The notes under the pieces: model-generated
The model's database searches: none
Told to the model about the DNA's origin: nothing
Seen by the model: only the letters and a program-made list of their open reading frames with translations
NCBI GenBank assembly: GCA_965222075.1
Contig: OZ244937.1
Span: forward strand, 2,208,001-2,272,000
Direction of reading: 5' to 3'
DNA length: 64,000 nucleotides
Source: Candidatus Latescibacterota bacterium
GTDB lineage: Bacteria > Latescibacterota > UBA2968 > GCA-2709665
Part shown: piece after piece, positions 18,959 to 29,204 of the stretch
How the letters are laid out: each line of letters begins with the position of its first letter
Position numbering within the stretch: position 1 is the first letter of the stretch
Program-made: the position numbers and the translations under genes

Positions 18959-20263
18959 ATGCCTTCACCCGAGCACCACACCGTCATTATTGTCGGGGGC
19001 GGTCCGGCCGGCCTTCCGCTTGCCGTCGTCTTAGGCGGCTGGCACCCCTGCTACCGGGGCGGCGACCTGTTTCACCATCGCTACCCCCAGCTCGACGCCT
19101 ACCTGAGTCGAATCGACGGCGGCCTCCTCGGGCTCGACTTCGGAGCCATCGTCAAAGCCGGCATCCGGCCCGTCGACCTCTTCCGCCTGCTCCACCATCC
19201 CGGCCTGAAGTTCCGGGGAGTTGAGGAGATCGCCCTCGAATTCCGAAAAGCGGACCCCATCGACTACCTCCTCATCACCCAGGAGGAGGTCGGCGGTCTC
19301 TGGAACAACGTCCCCGAAAACCTCCTCACTCTCTCTCCTGGCCAGTGGATGGAATTTGCCTTCTACCCCCTTGCGCAGCACATCCAGGAACAGGACATCG
19401 ACTTAGACGTCAACGACCTCATCGTCAAACACAACCTCCTCAACTATTACCACCGGGTGCCCGGCCGTTTCGACCAGACCGGCCGTATCCACACCCACGA
19501 AAAAGTCGCCCGCATCGAACCCCACGACCTCGGCTTCCTGCTCACCACCCGGCACGTCGGCACCCAGACAACCCACCGCTACACCTGCAAGTACCTCGTC
19601 TACGCCGTTGGCCAGCGCAGCATCCTCCGCCGGCTCAACGTCCCCGGCGAGGACCTCCCCTTTGTCACCAACCACTACGACAGACCCGAGGACTTCCCGG
19701 CAGAGCGCATCGTCGTGGTCGGAGGCGGCCGGTCCGCCGACTGGGCGGCCACCGAACTCTACGACGCCGGAAAACAGGTCCACTACGTCATGCGCCAGCC
19801 CTTCAAACAGCACTGGAAGCTCATCAGCGACAGCCGCCACGGCCTCCCCTACTATGCCCGCATCGCCGAAATCATCGAAAGCCGCTCCCCCCGCTTCGAC
19901 ACCCGCTACGAGACCCGGATTCAGAAGATCGAGCAAGGCCCCGCCGGAGGCCTGGTCACCCTCACCGGCAACCACAGGGAGCAGACCCTCGAAGTCGATC
20001 ACGCCATCCTGGAAATCGGCGGCATCGCCGACTACTCCCTCCTCCGGGGCTTCCCTCCGCTTCGGTTCGTCAAAAAGTACGACCGCTACCGCTTCCAGGT
20101 CCACCAGCTCCCCACCCACCCCCACAGCTACGAGTCCCTCGCCATCCCCAACCTCTACCCGGGCGGCTACCTCGCCGAAGGCCTCGGCCTGGTCGTCATC
20201 GCCATGCACGGCGCCACCTATGCCATCGCCGGCGACATCCTCCGGAAAGAAGGGTGGATTTAA
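18959..20263 (+). CDS. FAD/NAD(P)-dependent oxidoreductase, OSGIN/OKL38-like
   Basis: Two Rossmann motifs (IVGGGPAG and VVGGGRSA), plus GGLW...LLTLSPGQWM. Confidence 0.8.
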   Translation: MPSPEHHTVIIVGGGPAGLPLAVVLGGWHPCYRGGDLFHHRYPQLDAYLSRIDGGLLGLDFGAIVKAGIRPVDLFRLLHHPGLKFRGVEEIALEFRKADPIDYLLITQEEVGGLWNNVPENLLTLSPGQWMEFAFYPLAQHIQEQDIDLDVNDLIVKHNLLNYYHRVPGRFDQTGRIHTHEKVARIEPHDLGFLLTTRHVGTQTTHRYTCKYLVYAVGQRSILRRLNVPGEDLPFVTNHYDRPEDFPAERIVVVGGGRSADWAATELYDAGKQVHYVMRQPFKQHWKLISDSRHGLPYYARIAEIIESRSPRFDTRYETRIQKIEQGPAGGLVTLTGNHREQTLEVDHAILEIGGIADYSLLRGFPPLRFVKKYDRYRFQVHQLPTHPHSYESLAIPNLYPGGYLAEGLGLVVIAMHGATYAIAGDILRKEGWI

Positions 20264-20386
20264 AACGAGCCCCTTCAAATTTTAATGGACATTTCACGAC
20301 GGGAGTATTATCCATGAAGAATGGGATATGATGGACCAAGACAAGCTCCGATCCCCAGCCATAGTCCCTTTCCTTGAGGAATCTCC

Positions 20387-21592
20387 ATGTCTTCTCCCAT
20401 CGCCATCCAGGACGTCCATACCATCCTCACCCAGCCGGCCGGTTCCCGCCTCATCGTGGTCAAAATCCTCACCTCCCAGCCCGGACTCTACGGCCTTGGC
20501 TGCGCCACCTACACCCAGCGCTTCCATGCCGTCCACACCGCAATCGAAAAACACCTCAAACCCTTCCTCATCGGCCGGGACGCCGATCGGATTGAAGACC
20601 TCTGGCAGATGGCTATGGTCAATGGCTACTGGCGCAACGGCCCCGTGCTCAACAACGCCATCTCCGGAGTGGACATGGCCCTCTGGGATATCAAAGGCAA
20701 ACGGGCCGGCATGCCGCTCTACCAGCTCCTGGGCGGCAAATGCCGGGAGGGGGCGGCCGTCTATGCGCACGCCGACGGGAAAGACAGGGATGAAGTCGTC
20801 GAGAACGTCCACAAATTCAGAGAACAGGGCTACCAGTACATCCGGGTACAGATGGGCGGCTACGGAGGCCGCGCCTCTAAGCTTCACAGACCCCAGGGCG
20901 CTCCGGAGGGGGCTTATTACGACCCCCGGGAATACTGCCGTGCCATGCTTGACATGATCGAACACGTCCGCGCAGCCGTCGGCCCCGACGTCGAACTCCT
21001 CCACGACATCCACGAGCGCCTCCGTCCCATCGACGCCGTCGCCTTTGCCAAAGCCGTTGAACCCTTCAACCTCTTCTTCCTCGAAGACCCGCTCGCCCCG
21101 GAAGACCTGGAGTGGTTCCGCAACATTCGCGGGCAGTGCGCCACGCCCATCGCCATGGGTGAACTCTTCAACCACCCCCGCGAGTGGACCCCGCTCATCC
21201 AGGACCGCCTCATCGACTTCATCCGCATGCACATCAGCCAGATGGGCGGCCTCACCCCGGCCCGGAACGTCGCCGCCTTTGCCAACATGTACGGCATTCG
21301 CACCGCCTGGCACGGGCCGGGAGACGTTTCCCCGGTCGGCCATGCCGCCAACCTTCACCTCGACCTCTGGGCGCCCAACTTCGGCGTCCAGGAATGGTGC
21401 CGTTTCAACGACCTCGTCTACGACCTCTTTCCCGGCACCCCGGAGGTTCGCAGCGGCTACATGTATCCCAACGATCAACCCGGCCTGGGCATCGACATCA
21501 ACGAGGACCTGGCCGCCAAATATCCCTGCACGGACGAAGTCATCCAGTGGACCCAGACCCGGGCGCCGGACGGCGGTCCTATGCGTCCATAG
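20387..21592 (+). CDS. rspA: Enolase-superfamily acid-sugar dehydratase (RspA/ManD-like)
   Basis: YWRNGPV.NNAISGVDMALWDIKGK, LLHDIHERL, FLEDP, MGELFN, AWHGPGD.SP. Confidence 0.85.
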   Translation: MSSPIAIQDVHTILTQPAGSRLIVVKILTSQPGLYGLGCATYTQRFHAVHTAIEKHLKPFLIGRDADRIEDLWQMAMVNGYWRNGPVLNNAISGVDMALWDIKGKRAGMPLYQLLGGKCREGAAVYAHADGKDRDEVVENVHKFREQGYQYIRVQMGGYGGRASKLHRPQGAPEGAYYDPREYCRAMLDMIEHVRAAVGPDVELLHDIHERLRPIDAVAFAKAVEPFNLFFLEDPLAPEDLEWFRNIRGQCATPIAMGELFNHPREWTPLIQDRLIDFIRMHISQMGGLTPARNVAAFANMYGIRTAWHGPGDVSPVGHAANLHLDLWAPNFGVQEWCRFNDLVYDLFPGTPEVRSGYMYPNDQPGLGIDINEDLAAKYPCTDEVIQWTQTRAPDGGPMRP

Positions 21593-21621
21593 CTGCACGC
21601 TGACACAGGAGATCCATCCAC

Positions 21622-21846
21622 GTGAACCTGATCTCACCCAAAAAAATCGCTGAACTCACGCCCGACAACACCTACGACCGATTTCCCGACGGGCGGCCCA
21701 GAGTCCCCGACGACATCCTGGAACGCATGCGGAAAGTCACCACCGAAGAGGCCTACACCCCCGGTGAAGTGGACCGGAAGTGGTCGGAAGAGATGGAAGC
21801 TGATTTTGCGGCGTGGAAAAAAAGCAATAAAGGAGCCTTCCCATGA
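21622..21846 (+). pseudogene. RraA/HMG-aldolase family remnant (internal deletion)
   Basis: The N-terminal RFPDGRPRVPDDILER...TTEEA is joined directly to the C-terminal YTPGEVDRKWSEEMEADF. The ORF is 74 aa versus ~300 aa expected. Confidence 0.7.
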
Positions 21847-22710
21847 TTCGAATCGGCATCGTCGGCGCGGAAAACAGCCACACCGTCGCCATCTCCAGAC
21901 TCCTCAACATCGAAAAAAAAGTCCCCGGCTGCCGGGTCATCTGTGTCTGGGGAGAGGCCTCCAGGTACGCCAGAGACGCGGTGGAAAGGGGGGGGGATTC
22001 CTGCAATCGTCAAAACCCCCGAAGACATGATCGGCAAGGTCGACGCAGCCGTCGTGGACCACCGCCATCCCAAATATCACCTGCCCGCGGCCCGGTCCCT
22101 GCTTGAGGCGAAGATCCCCCTTTTTATCGACAAACCCTTCTGCTACCGGGTCAAAGAGGGAAAAGAATTCCTTGCGCGTGCGAAACGGCTCAAAGTCCCG
22201 GTCTGCTCCTTCTCGGCGCAGCCCAAACAGGCTTCCGCGGTCGCGCTCCGCAAAGAGGCAAAAAAACTGGGCCGCATCGTCTCCGTCATAACCACCGGCC
22301 CCTGCGACATCCGGTCAAAATACGGGGGCGTCTTCTTCTACGGCATCCACCAGATCGACCAGCTCGTTCGCCTGTTAGACGACCCTGTCACGCACGTTCG
22401 GGTCAACTTAGGCAAAAAGAACCACGCCGCCACCCTCTTCTCGGCCGGTGGCGCCATCTCCACCGCCAACTTCATCAGCGATGTCCGTCCCCCGTTCCAC
22501 GTCTCGATCATCGGTGAAAAGGGGCGGATCGACAGACAGATCGTCCGTGACGCACACCCCCACCTGATCGGTACCCGGACATTCTGCAGAATGTTCAAAA
22601 CCGGGAAAACCGATGAAACCGAACAGAGTATGCTCACGCCGATCGCCGTGCTTGAAGCCCTGGAGAAATCGATCAAAACCGGGAAAAAGGTCAAAGTCCC
22701 GTCTATCTGA
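21843..22710 (+). pseudogene. Gfo/Idh/MocA oxidoreductase, frameshifted at a G9 tract
   Basis: ORFs 21843.. and ..22710 join into one paralog of 22758-23630 if one G is removed from 21988-21996. Confidence 0.85.
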
Positions 22711-22757
22711 TGCGCGTTGACAGAAAGCCAATACCCCTTTTACCAAGGAGAAACGAC

Positions 22758-23630
22758 ATGGTCCGAATCGGCATCGTTGGTGCGGAGAACAGCCACACCG
22801 TCGCCATTGCGAAAACCCTCAACATCGACAAGAAGGTCCCCGGTTGCCGCATCGTCTGTGTCTGGGGCGAAGCTCCCAGGTACGCTAAGGACGCCGTGGA
22901 ACGGGGGGCGATTCCCGAAATCGTCAAAACATCGGAAGAGATGATCGGAAAAGTGGACGCAGCCTGCGTCGACCACCGCCACGCCAGGGATCACCTGCCC
23001 GCGGTCCGACCTCTGCTTGAAGCGAAGGTCCCCCTCTTCGTGGACAAACCCTTCTGCTACCGGGTCAAAGAGGGAAAAGAATTCCTTGCGCGTGCGAAAC
23101 GGCTCAAGGTTCCGGTCTGCTCCTTCTCCGTGCTTCCCAAACAGGCCGCTTTCGCCGAATTAAAAAAAGAGACCCGAAAACTGGGCCGGGTGATCTCGGT
23201 TATCACCACCGGCCCCTGCGACATCAAATCGAAGTACGGCGGCGTCTTCTTCTACGGCATCCACCAGGTCGACATGGCCCTCCGCCTGCTGGACGACGAG
23301 GTCACCCACACCCAGGTCAACCTGGGCAAAAAGAACCACACCGCCACCCTCTTCTCGGCCGGCGGGGCCATCTCCACCCTCAACCTCTTCACCGAGGGGT
23401 ATACCTCCTTCCAAGTCTCGGTCATCGGTGAAAAGGGACGGGTGGACAGGCAGATCACCTACGACGACAACACCTACCTCTCCGGCATCCGGTCCTTCTG
23501 CAGAATGTTCAGAACCGGCAAAACCGACGAAACCGACCAGACGATGCTGATGCCGGTGGCCGTACTGGAGGCCATGGAAAAGTCGATCAACCAGAAGCGG
23601 AAGGTCAAGGTGCCGCCTGCCTCGCTGTGA
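22758..23630 (+). CDS. Gfo/Idh/MocA oxidoreductase (tandem paralog)
   Basis: RIGIVGAENSH, FVDKPF, FFYGIH, and an AAGGAG SD before the ATG at 22758. Confidence 0.88.
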   Translation: MVRIGIVGAENSHTVAIAKTLNIDKKVPGCRIVCVWGEAPRYAKDAVERGAIPEIVKTSEEMIGKVDAACVDHRHARDHLPAVRPLLEAKVPLFVDKPFCYRVKEGKEFLARAKRLKVPVCSFSVLPKQAAFAELKKETRKLGRVISVITTGPCDIKSKYGGVFFYGIHQVDMALRLLDDEVTHTQVNLGKKNHTATLFSAGGAISTLNLFTEGYTSFQVSVIGEKGRVDRQITYDDNTYLSGIRSFCRMFRTGKTDETDQTMLMPVAVLEAMEKSINQKRKVKVPPASL

Positions 23631-23809
23631 ACCGATCTAAAACAACCGGTGAAAAACTATGGGTATCCCAGGCAGAACTGCTATCTTACCTGCCATTGGC
23701 ATCCGCATAATCTCAGCACCCTCCGGAGATTTCGAGTAAAAACAGAAAAACCCGCCGCCGATTGGGCTCGGCAGCGGGGCAACGGGAGATCGGTGCATCC
23801 TGGTCCTCT

Positions 23810-25102
23810 TCAAAAATAGAACCGAAGGGAGCCAAAATAGAGGGTAGGGTAGAGCCTGAACTCCGACCGTCGTTCGACCTCAATCCGACCGTCCATCCCC
23901 CCCGGTCCCATCCCGATAAACACACCTGCCGTCGCAAAAACATCCTCGGCAAAACTGTACCCCACCCGAGGCGCCAGAAAGGCCGAGCCATCTCCTATGT
24001 TCGCAAGCGCCTGCAAACTCAGCGTCAAGAGCGGTGTGGCCTGGTATGTGAAACCGGGCGCCACGTAGTGCCTGCCCATCAGGTAGACCCCACCTTCGGT
24101 GAAGGCGGTTTTGTTCAGCACGCCAGGGTACGCACCAGACGCGCCCGCTCCGCTAAAATGATACTCCACAAACCCGTAAACCCCACCTGAAAACTGGTAA
24201 TCCAGCCCCCCGGAAATCCGGACATAATCCTCATCCAACCGGGAGCCTCCGGCGGCTTCGGCCAGGGTCCAGGCCGCCTCCAGCCAGGCCCCGGCGCCCC
24301 CGACCGCCCGGGCCAGGTCCACCCCCAGGAGCAGATGCTCCTTGAACACCATCGCCATCAGCAAAAGGTCCGTCTCCATCAAGTAGAACCTGCCCCGCAA
24401 AAACGCGGCGCCCGTCTTCACCGAAAAGCCATTGCCAAAAACAACGCCTGCGTCTAACTCCCCCATCGCCCCCACAGGCAGCCTCACCCTCAGCGCATCC
24501 ACCCCCGCCCGTTCCTCATTGTCCAGCGCCTCGTAGGTAAAAGGCGCGATCACATCGGTCGGATTCACCACCCGGGCCGATCCAAAGGCAATCGGCTGCC
24601 GACCTAAGTAGACATCCGCAGCAGGCAGGGAAACCGTAAAAAAGACCCGGTCCAGATTCTGCGCAAGGGCGAAGGTTCCCGGAGCCTTACCCAACCCCGG
24701 ATAGAGATACGCCCGCAGGTCCGCCCCCCGGTATGAAAGCGACTCCGGCCGGGGCAGCGCCGTCCCGGAAAAGCCCCTCTGTCCTTTCCGGACCTGCGGT
24801 GTAAGCGCATAGGCAACCTCCCCCGAAACCGTCCGGTTCGGCTGCCAGAACGCCTTCAAGCGGATCGGGTACACACCCCCCACCGATCCGGCAGTCCCTT
24901 CCACGCGCGCCGGGTCCAGCACAGTCAAAAAACCCTTCACATACCCGCCAACCCGCAGCGGCCCGTCATCCGCAGCGGCCCTTCCCTCTGCCAGAAAAAC
25001 AGCAGCAAAAAACCAGAGAAAAAAACGGCTGATTTCAAACAGGCTTGTATTGTAACGACTTCCCATTTTCAAGCCGTTAAGAACGTACCCAAAAGTGTTC
25101 AC
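23810..25102 (-). CDS. Outer-membrane beta-barrel protein associated with the LolA-like ABC cluster
   Basis: Signal peptide, LGRQPIAFGS....PTD..APF....D.EER.GVDA, terminal YF. The start is uncertain. Confidence 0.7.
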   Translation of the reverse strand: MNTFGYVLNGLKMGSRYNTSLFEISRFFLWFFAAVFLAEGRAAADDGPLRVGGYVKGFLTVLDPARVEGTAGSVGGVYPIRLKAFWQPNRTVSGEVAYALTPQVRKGQRGFSGTALPRPESLSYRGADLRAYLYPGLGKAPGTFALAQNLDRVFFTVSLPAADVYLGRQPIAFGSARVVNPTDVIAPFTYEALDNEERAGVDALRVRLPVGAMGELDAGVVFGNGFSVKTGAAFLRGRFYLMETDLLLMAMVFKEHLLLGVDLARAVGGAGAWLEAAWTLAEAAGGSRLDEDYVRISGGLDYQFSGGVYGFVEYHFSGAGASGAYPGVLNKTAFTEGGVYLMGRHYVAPGFTYQATPLLTLSLQALANIGDGSAFLAPRVGYSFAEDVFATAGVFIGMGPGGMDGRIEVERRSEFRLYPTLYFGSLRFYF

Positions 25103-25115
25103 AGTATTGCAAATA

Positions 25116-25811
25116 CTACCTCACTTCATCCTCTACAATCTCCCCATCCCGCAGCGCCACCAACCGCTTCGCCCGGTCCATAATCATCTGATCGTGGGAG
25201 GAAAACACAAACGTCATCCCCCGCTTCTCGTTCAACTCCCGCATCATATCTAAAAGCCCGCAGCCCGTGGCCGAATCCAGGTTGGCCGTCGGTTCATCCG
25301 CCAGAATCAAATCCGGCTGTGAGACCATCGCCCGGGCAACGGCCACACGCTGCTGCTGCCCGCCCGAAAGCTGTACCGGGCGCCTCTCCTCCATCCCTTC
25401 AAGGTCCACCTCTTTGAGAATCTCCGCAACCCGCCCGCGCCGCTCGCGTTCCGAAACCCCTTGCAGGAGCATCACATACTCAATGTTCTCACGCACCTTC
25501 AGCACCGGAATCAGATTGTAAGACTGGAAAATAAACCCGATGTGGTCCCTTCGAAAATCGGACAGTTCGCTGCCGCTCATCCCGCTGATGGGCCTCCCCG
25601 CCAGCAGCACGCGCCCCGAGGTCGGCGCATCCAGTCCGCTGATAATATTCAGCAGCGTCGTCTTGCCCGACCCCGAAGGCCCGGCAATCGCCGTAAACTC
25701 GCCCCGCACAATCGTAAGGTCGATCGACTTCAACGCCAAGACCTCCACCTCCCCGGAACGGTAGACCCTGGACACCCCCTCGGCACGGATTACGGCTGAA
25801 TTGTCGGACAT
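25116..25811 (-). CDS. ABC transporter ATP-binding protein (LolD/MacB-like)
   Basis: Walker [10 protein letters not shown], signature [22 protein letters not shown]. Confidence 0.95.
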   Translation of the reverse strand: MSDNSAVIRAEGVSRVYRSGEVEVLALKSIDLTIVRGEFTAIAGPSGSGKTTLLNIISGLDAPTSGRVLLAGRPISGMSGSELSDFRRDHIGFIFQSYNLIPVLKVRENIEYVMLLQGVSERERRGRVAEILKEVDLEGMEERRPVQLSGGQQQRVAVARAMVSQPDLILADEPTANLDSATGCGLLDMMRELNEKRGMTFVFSSHDQMIMDRAKRLVALRDGEIVEDEVR

Positions 25812-25843
25812 ACCACACTTTCTGTTTGGAGATTCACAGCGGA

Positions 25844-27070
25844 CTAATCGTGTGCCTTCATCGCCTCCGCCGGCGTCAGCCTTGCGGCAAACACCGCCGG
25901 ATAGATCCCGGCGATCAGGGTAAACAGAAAGACGACGAGCGGGAACACGACGAACTGCTCCACCTGCAGAACCGGGTAGATCAGTTCCCGAATGGTCATC
26001 TCCGCAAACTCGATCCCCACATAATCGATCCCGGACAGGGAAAAGGCATAGGTAACCCCGAATCCGATCGCGCTCCCGACCAGAATACTCAGGATCGAAA
26101 GCGCGCCCGCCTCAAAGAGGATCATCAGCGCCATCCGGAAGGGCCGCGTCCCCACCGCGCGCAGCACACCGAACTCGAACATCCGTTCGTAAAGCGACAT
26201 AAACAGCGTATTCATAATGCCCAGCGACACCACGGAAAAAAGAATAACCGCCATGATAAAGGAGGAATACTGCGACATCTGCACGACCTTATCCAGTTGT
26301 GGCATCAGCGCCTTCCAGCCTAAGGCCTTATTTCCATCCTGTGAATAGCGCGACCAGAAATCCGATTCGGTGTCCCCGGACAGCCGGAGGTCGTCGAACT
26401 GCAGCGCGACCTCATGCACCCCACCTGCCAGTCCCAGCAGCGCCTGTGACGTCTTCAAATGGATAAACCCCACTCCGCTGTCCATCTCCCGGACATTGAA
26501 GCGAAAAACCCCCCCAATCCGGAACATCTCCTGTGCCAGCTCGCCCGTCTCCGCCTCCGCAACCGTCACCACTACCCGGTCGCCCGGCGCCACCTCCAGC
26601 GTCTCCGCCAGCTTCTCCCCGATCAGCATCTTTCGCAGCCCCCCCGCACTGAGGTAGGCCCCCTTCACCAGCGCCTCATCCAGTTTGGAAATCTCCTTCT
26701 CAAGCTGGGGGTCGATGCCATAAAGCAGGACAGAACTGGCATTTGCAGGCGATGCAAGCATCCCAAAGGCCTGCGTTCGAGGGGAGAACCTTTTCACCGC
26801 CTGTTCTCCCCTCAGCCGCTCCAGCAGTCGGGAGAGGTTGTTCACCGTCTTTTCCACCTCAAGCGTACTCCGGAACCCCTCCGAATGGATCTGCCCCTGG
26901 CCCAGAAACGTATCGGTTGCCGTCCGGATCATACTCTCGATCATGCCGATCATCATCGCATCCGTAAAAATCAGCGCCGCCAGGCCGATCCCGATGGCCA
27001 AACTCGCCAGCACCGTCCGCCTGATATTCCGAAAGATATTCCGCCACGCGATTTTAAACAGGAATAGCAT
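25844..27070 (-). CDS. ABC permease, FtsX/LolE-like
   Basis: AWRNIFRN.RRT.L, NTLFMS.YER..EFGVLRA.G, and a large periplasmic loop. Confidence 0.9.
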   Translation of the reverse strand: MLFLFKIAWRNIFRNIRRTVLASLAIGIGLAALIFTDAMMIGMIESMIRTATDTFLGQGQIHSEGFRSTLEVEKTVNNLSRLLERLRGEQAVKRFSPRTQAFGMLASPANASSVLLYGIDPQLEKEISKLDEALVKGAYLSAGGLRKMLIGEKLAETLEVAPGDRVVVTVAEAETGELAQEMFRIGGVFRFNVREMDSGVGFIHLKTSQALLGLAGGVHEVALQFDDLRLSGDTESDFWSRYSQDGNKALGWKALMPQLDKVVQMSQYSSFIMAVILFSVVSLGIMNTLFMSLYERMFEFGVLRAVGTRPFRMALMILFEAGALSILSILVGSAIGFGVTYAFSLSGIDYVGIEFAEMTIRELIYPVLQVEQFVVFPLVVFLFTLIAGIYPAVFAARLTPAEAMKAHD

Positions 27071-27142
27071 CTCGTCTCCTCTCTTCCCAACCCCACCTCG
27101 ATCGCGAGTCACAAGTCACGAGTCCCCCCCTCGCTTTTGACT

Positions 27143-28357
27143 TTAATAACTCCGCATCGCCTTCACCGGCGTCACCCTCGCCGCGCGTAGCGCCGGAAAA
27201 ACGCTCACGACCACCGCCGTACCGATGGTGATCGCCGTCGGAATCCAGAACACCTGAAACGAGACCTTGCCCACCAGCCGGTCGAGCATGAAGCCGCCGT
27301 ACTCAATCGGTATAGGATACACGATTCCGTATATTGAAAGCAGATAATTTCCAGCCAGACTGGCCGCCCCCCCCAGCAGAATGCTCAAAACGGACAGGTA
27401 GGCCGTTTCCAGGACGATCAGCTTAAACACATCCTCCGGCCGTGTGCCCAAGGCCCGCAGCACCCCAAACTCACGCGTCCGCTCCAAGATCGTCATCAGC
27501 ACCGTATTGAGCACCCCGATGCCTACAATCACCATAATAATACCCAGAGAGATCCACATCCCCTTAACGTCGGCCCGCATCGCCTGATAGAACGCCGCCT
27601 CAACCACCTGCCAGGGGGCAACATCCAGCGACGGGTCATCCAGCGCACCCCGCACCACCTCTGCCATGGAGGCCGACTTCGTGTGATCCGTCAAAATCAC
27701 GGCGAGCTCATGCACACGGCCGTCCAGCGCCAGGAACGCCTGCGCGGCCTCTATATGCATATAACAGGTTATCCGCTCACGAACATCGTTCGAGTCGCCT
27801 ACGGTTCCGACGACCCGGAACAGATCGTTGGCAATCGACCCGTCCGCGGCCTGTCCGATCAGCACGATCTCATCGCCCACCTGCGCCTTCAAAACGACCG
27901 CAAGCCCGTGGCCCAGCATCACCTCTCCCGACGGTTGTTCGGACAGAAACCGTCCCGCGCTTACTTTGCCCTTCAGTCGAGTGGCGCTGGCCTCCCGGAA
28001 CGGATGCACGCCCACAACCTGTGCCCCCGCCGTCTTTTTCCCCGCAGCGGCCAGTGTCGGTGAAAAAACCCGGGGCGCCCACGCCTCCACACCGGGCAGC
28101 GAGGCGATCCGCTCACCCAGAAGGTCCAGATCCTCAAGCGTTTTGTAAAGCGACGGCTTGTCCAGATAGCCCTCTTTATGCACCTGGATGTGGCCGGTAC
28201 GGTCCCGTGTAAACATATCGATCAGATTCGAATAGGTCCCCTCCGAGATCCCCAGAGACAGGGAGCAGAACAGAAACCCTCCCGCCATCGTCAGCGCCGT
28301 CAAAAGCGACCGCCGCCTCTGCCGAAACAAATTCCGAAACGCGATCTTTGAAACCAT
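27143..28357 (-). CDS. ABC permease, FtsX/LolE-like
   Basis: AFRNLFRQRRRSLLT, NTVLM.ILERTREFGVLRALG. Confidence 0.9.
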   Translation of the reverse strand: MVSKIAFRNLFRQRRRSLLTALTMAGGFLFCSLSLGISEGTYSNLIDMFTRDRTGHIQVHKEGYLDKPSLYKTLEDLDLLGERIASLPGVEAWAPRVFSPTLAAAGKKTAGAQVVGVHPFREASATRLKGKVSAGRFLSEQPSGEVMLGHGLAVVLKAQVGDEIVLIGQAADGSIANDLFRVVGTVGDSNDVRERITCYMHIEAAQAFLALDGRVHELAVILTDHTKSASMAEVVRGALDDPSLDVAPWQVVEAAFYQAMRADVKGMWISLGIIMVIVGIGVLNTVLMTILERTREFGVLRALGTRPEDVFKLIVLETAYLSVLSILLGGAASLAGNYLLSIYGIVYPIPIEYGGFMLDRLVGKVSFQVFWIPTAITIGTAVVVSVFPALRAARVTPVKAMRSY

Positions 28358-28424
28358 GATTATTTAATTTGACCCCGTTTTTGCCTTTCTCCGCGTCCTC
28401 TGCGTCTCTGCGGTGGGTGATCCC

Positions 28425-29195
28425 TTACCGCCGCTTCCGGAGGTTTCGCAATGTAAAAACTCCCTTCTCCAGCCTCTGATCGAACCGGGCGTCTATGTAT
28501 CGGATCACCGTCCGGTGACCCTCCTTGTTCAGCGGCGTCATCTCCATCACCGCCGGCAGGGTCCGCCCGCCAAATGCCCGCACCTCCCGGAACACCATCT
28601 CCCGCATCCGGTTGCCCTTCTCATCGTAAAAATCCTCCCGGACGGGAATGAGGTCCACCTTCCGAACCGTAAAGACGATCTTACCCCACACCGTCGCTGT
28701 CTCGATCCTGGGCGTAAGCACGATTTCATACACATCGTCCCGCTCCGGCTCCCCCAACGCGGGGTCATAGTCCTCTGTGTACGAACTCTCCTTCACAAGA
28801 TCGTCGTTGGTAAAATCCGACCCCATCCAGGACCCCATCATCATAGAAGGCGGCACCTTCATCACCTTGTTGATCTTCGGAAAATAGTTCCACATCTCCG
28901 TCCCCTTGCGCAGCGTCGCAATGCCCGCGTCCTTCTTGGGAGAGGTGATGGTAATAAAGGTCCTGTCCATTCCCTCCGTCCACATCCGCATCTTCAGCGT
29001 CCGCTCCCAATTGGGCGTCACAATGTCCATCTCCACCTCGGCATAACTCGTCTCGGCCCGATAGAGCTTATCCACCCGCTCAACAATCTCATGTATATCC
29101 GGCGTTTCCTCCTCGGCCCCGGAGGGATGGAAACCGATCAAAACGCCCAAACAGGCAGACAGAAGCAAAATGGTAAAACAGGACATCATTTTCAC
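28425..29195 (-). CDS. Outer-membrane lipoprotein-sorting protein (LolA-like)
   Basis: Signal peptide, P..DAG.ATLR....MW.Y.P, SWMGSDFTNDDL. Confidence 0.85.
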   Translation of the reverse strand: MKMMSCFTILLLSACLGVLIGFHPSGAEEETPDIHEIVERVDKLYRAETSYAEVEMDIVTPNWERTLKMRMWTEGMDRTFITITSPKKDAGIATLRKGTEMWNYFPKINKVMKVPPSMMMGSWMGSDFTNDDLVKESSYTEDYDPALGEPERDDVYEIVLTPRIETATVWGKIVFTVRKVDLIPVREDFYDEKGNRMREMVFREVRAFGGRTLPAVMEMTPLNKEGHRTVIRYIDARFDQRLEKGVFTLRNLRKRR

Positions 29196-29204
29196 CTTTG
29201 CACC

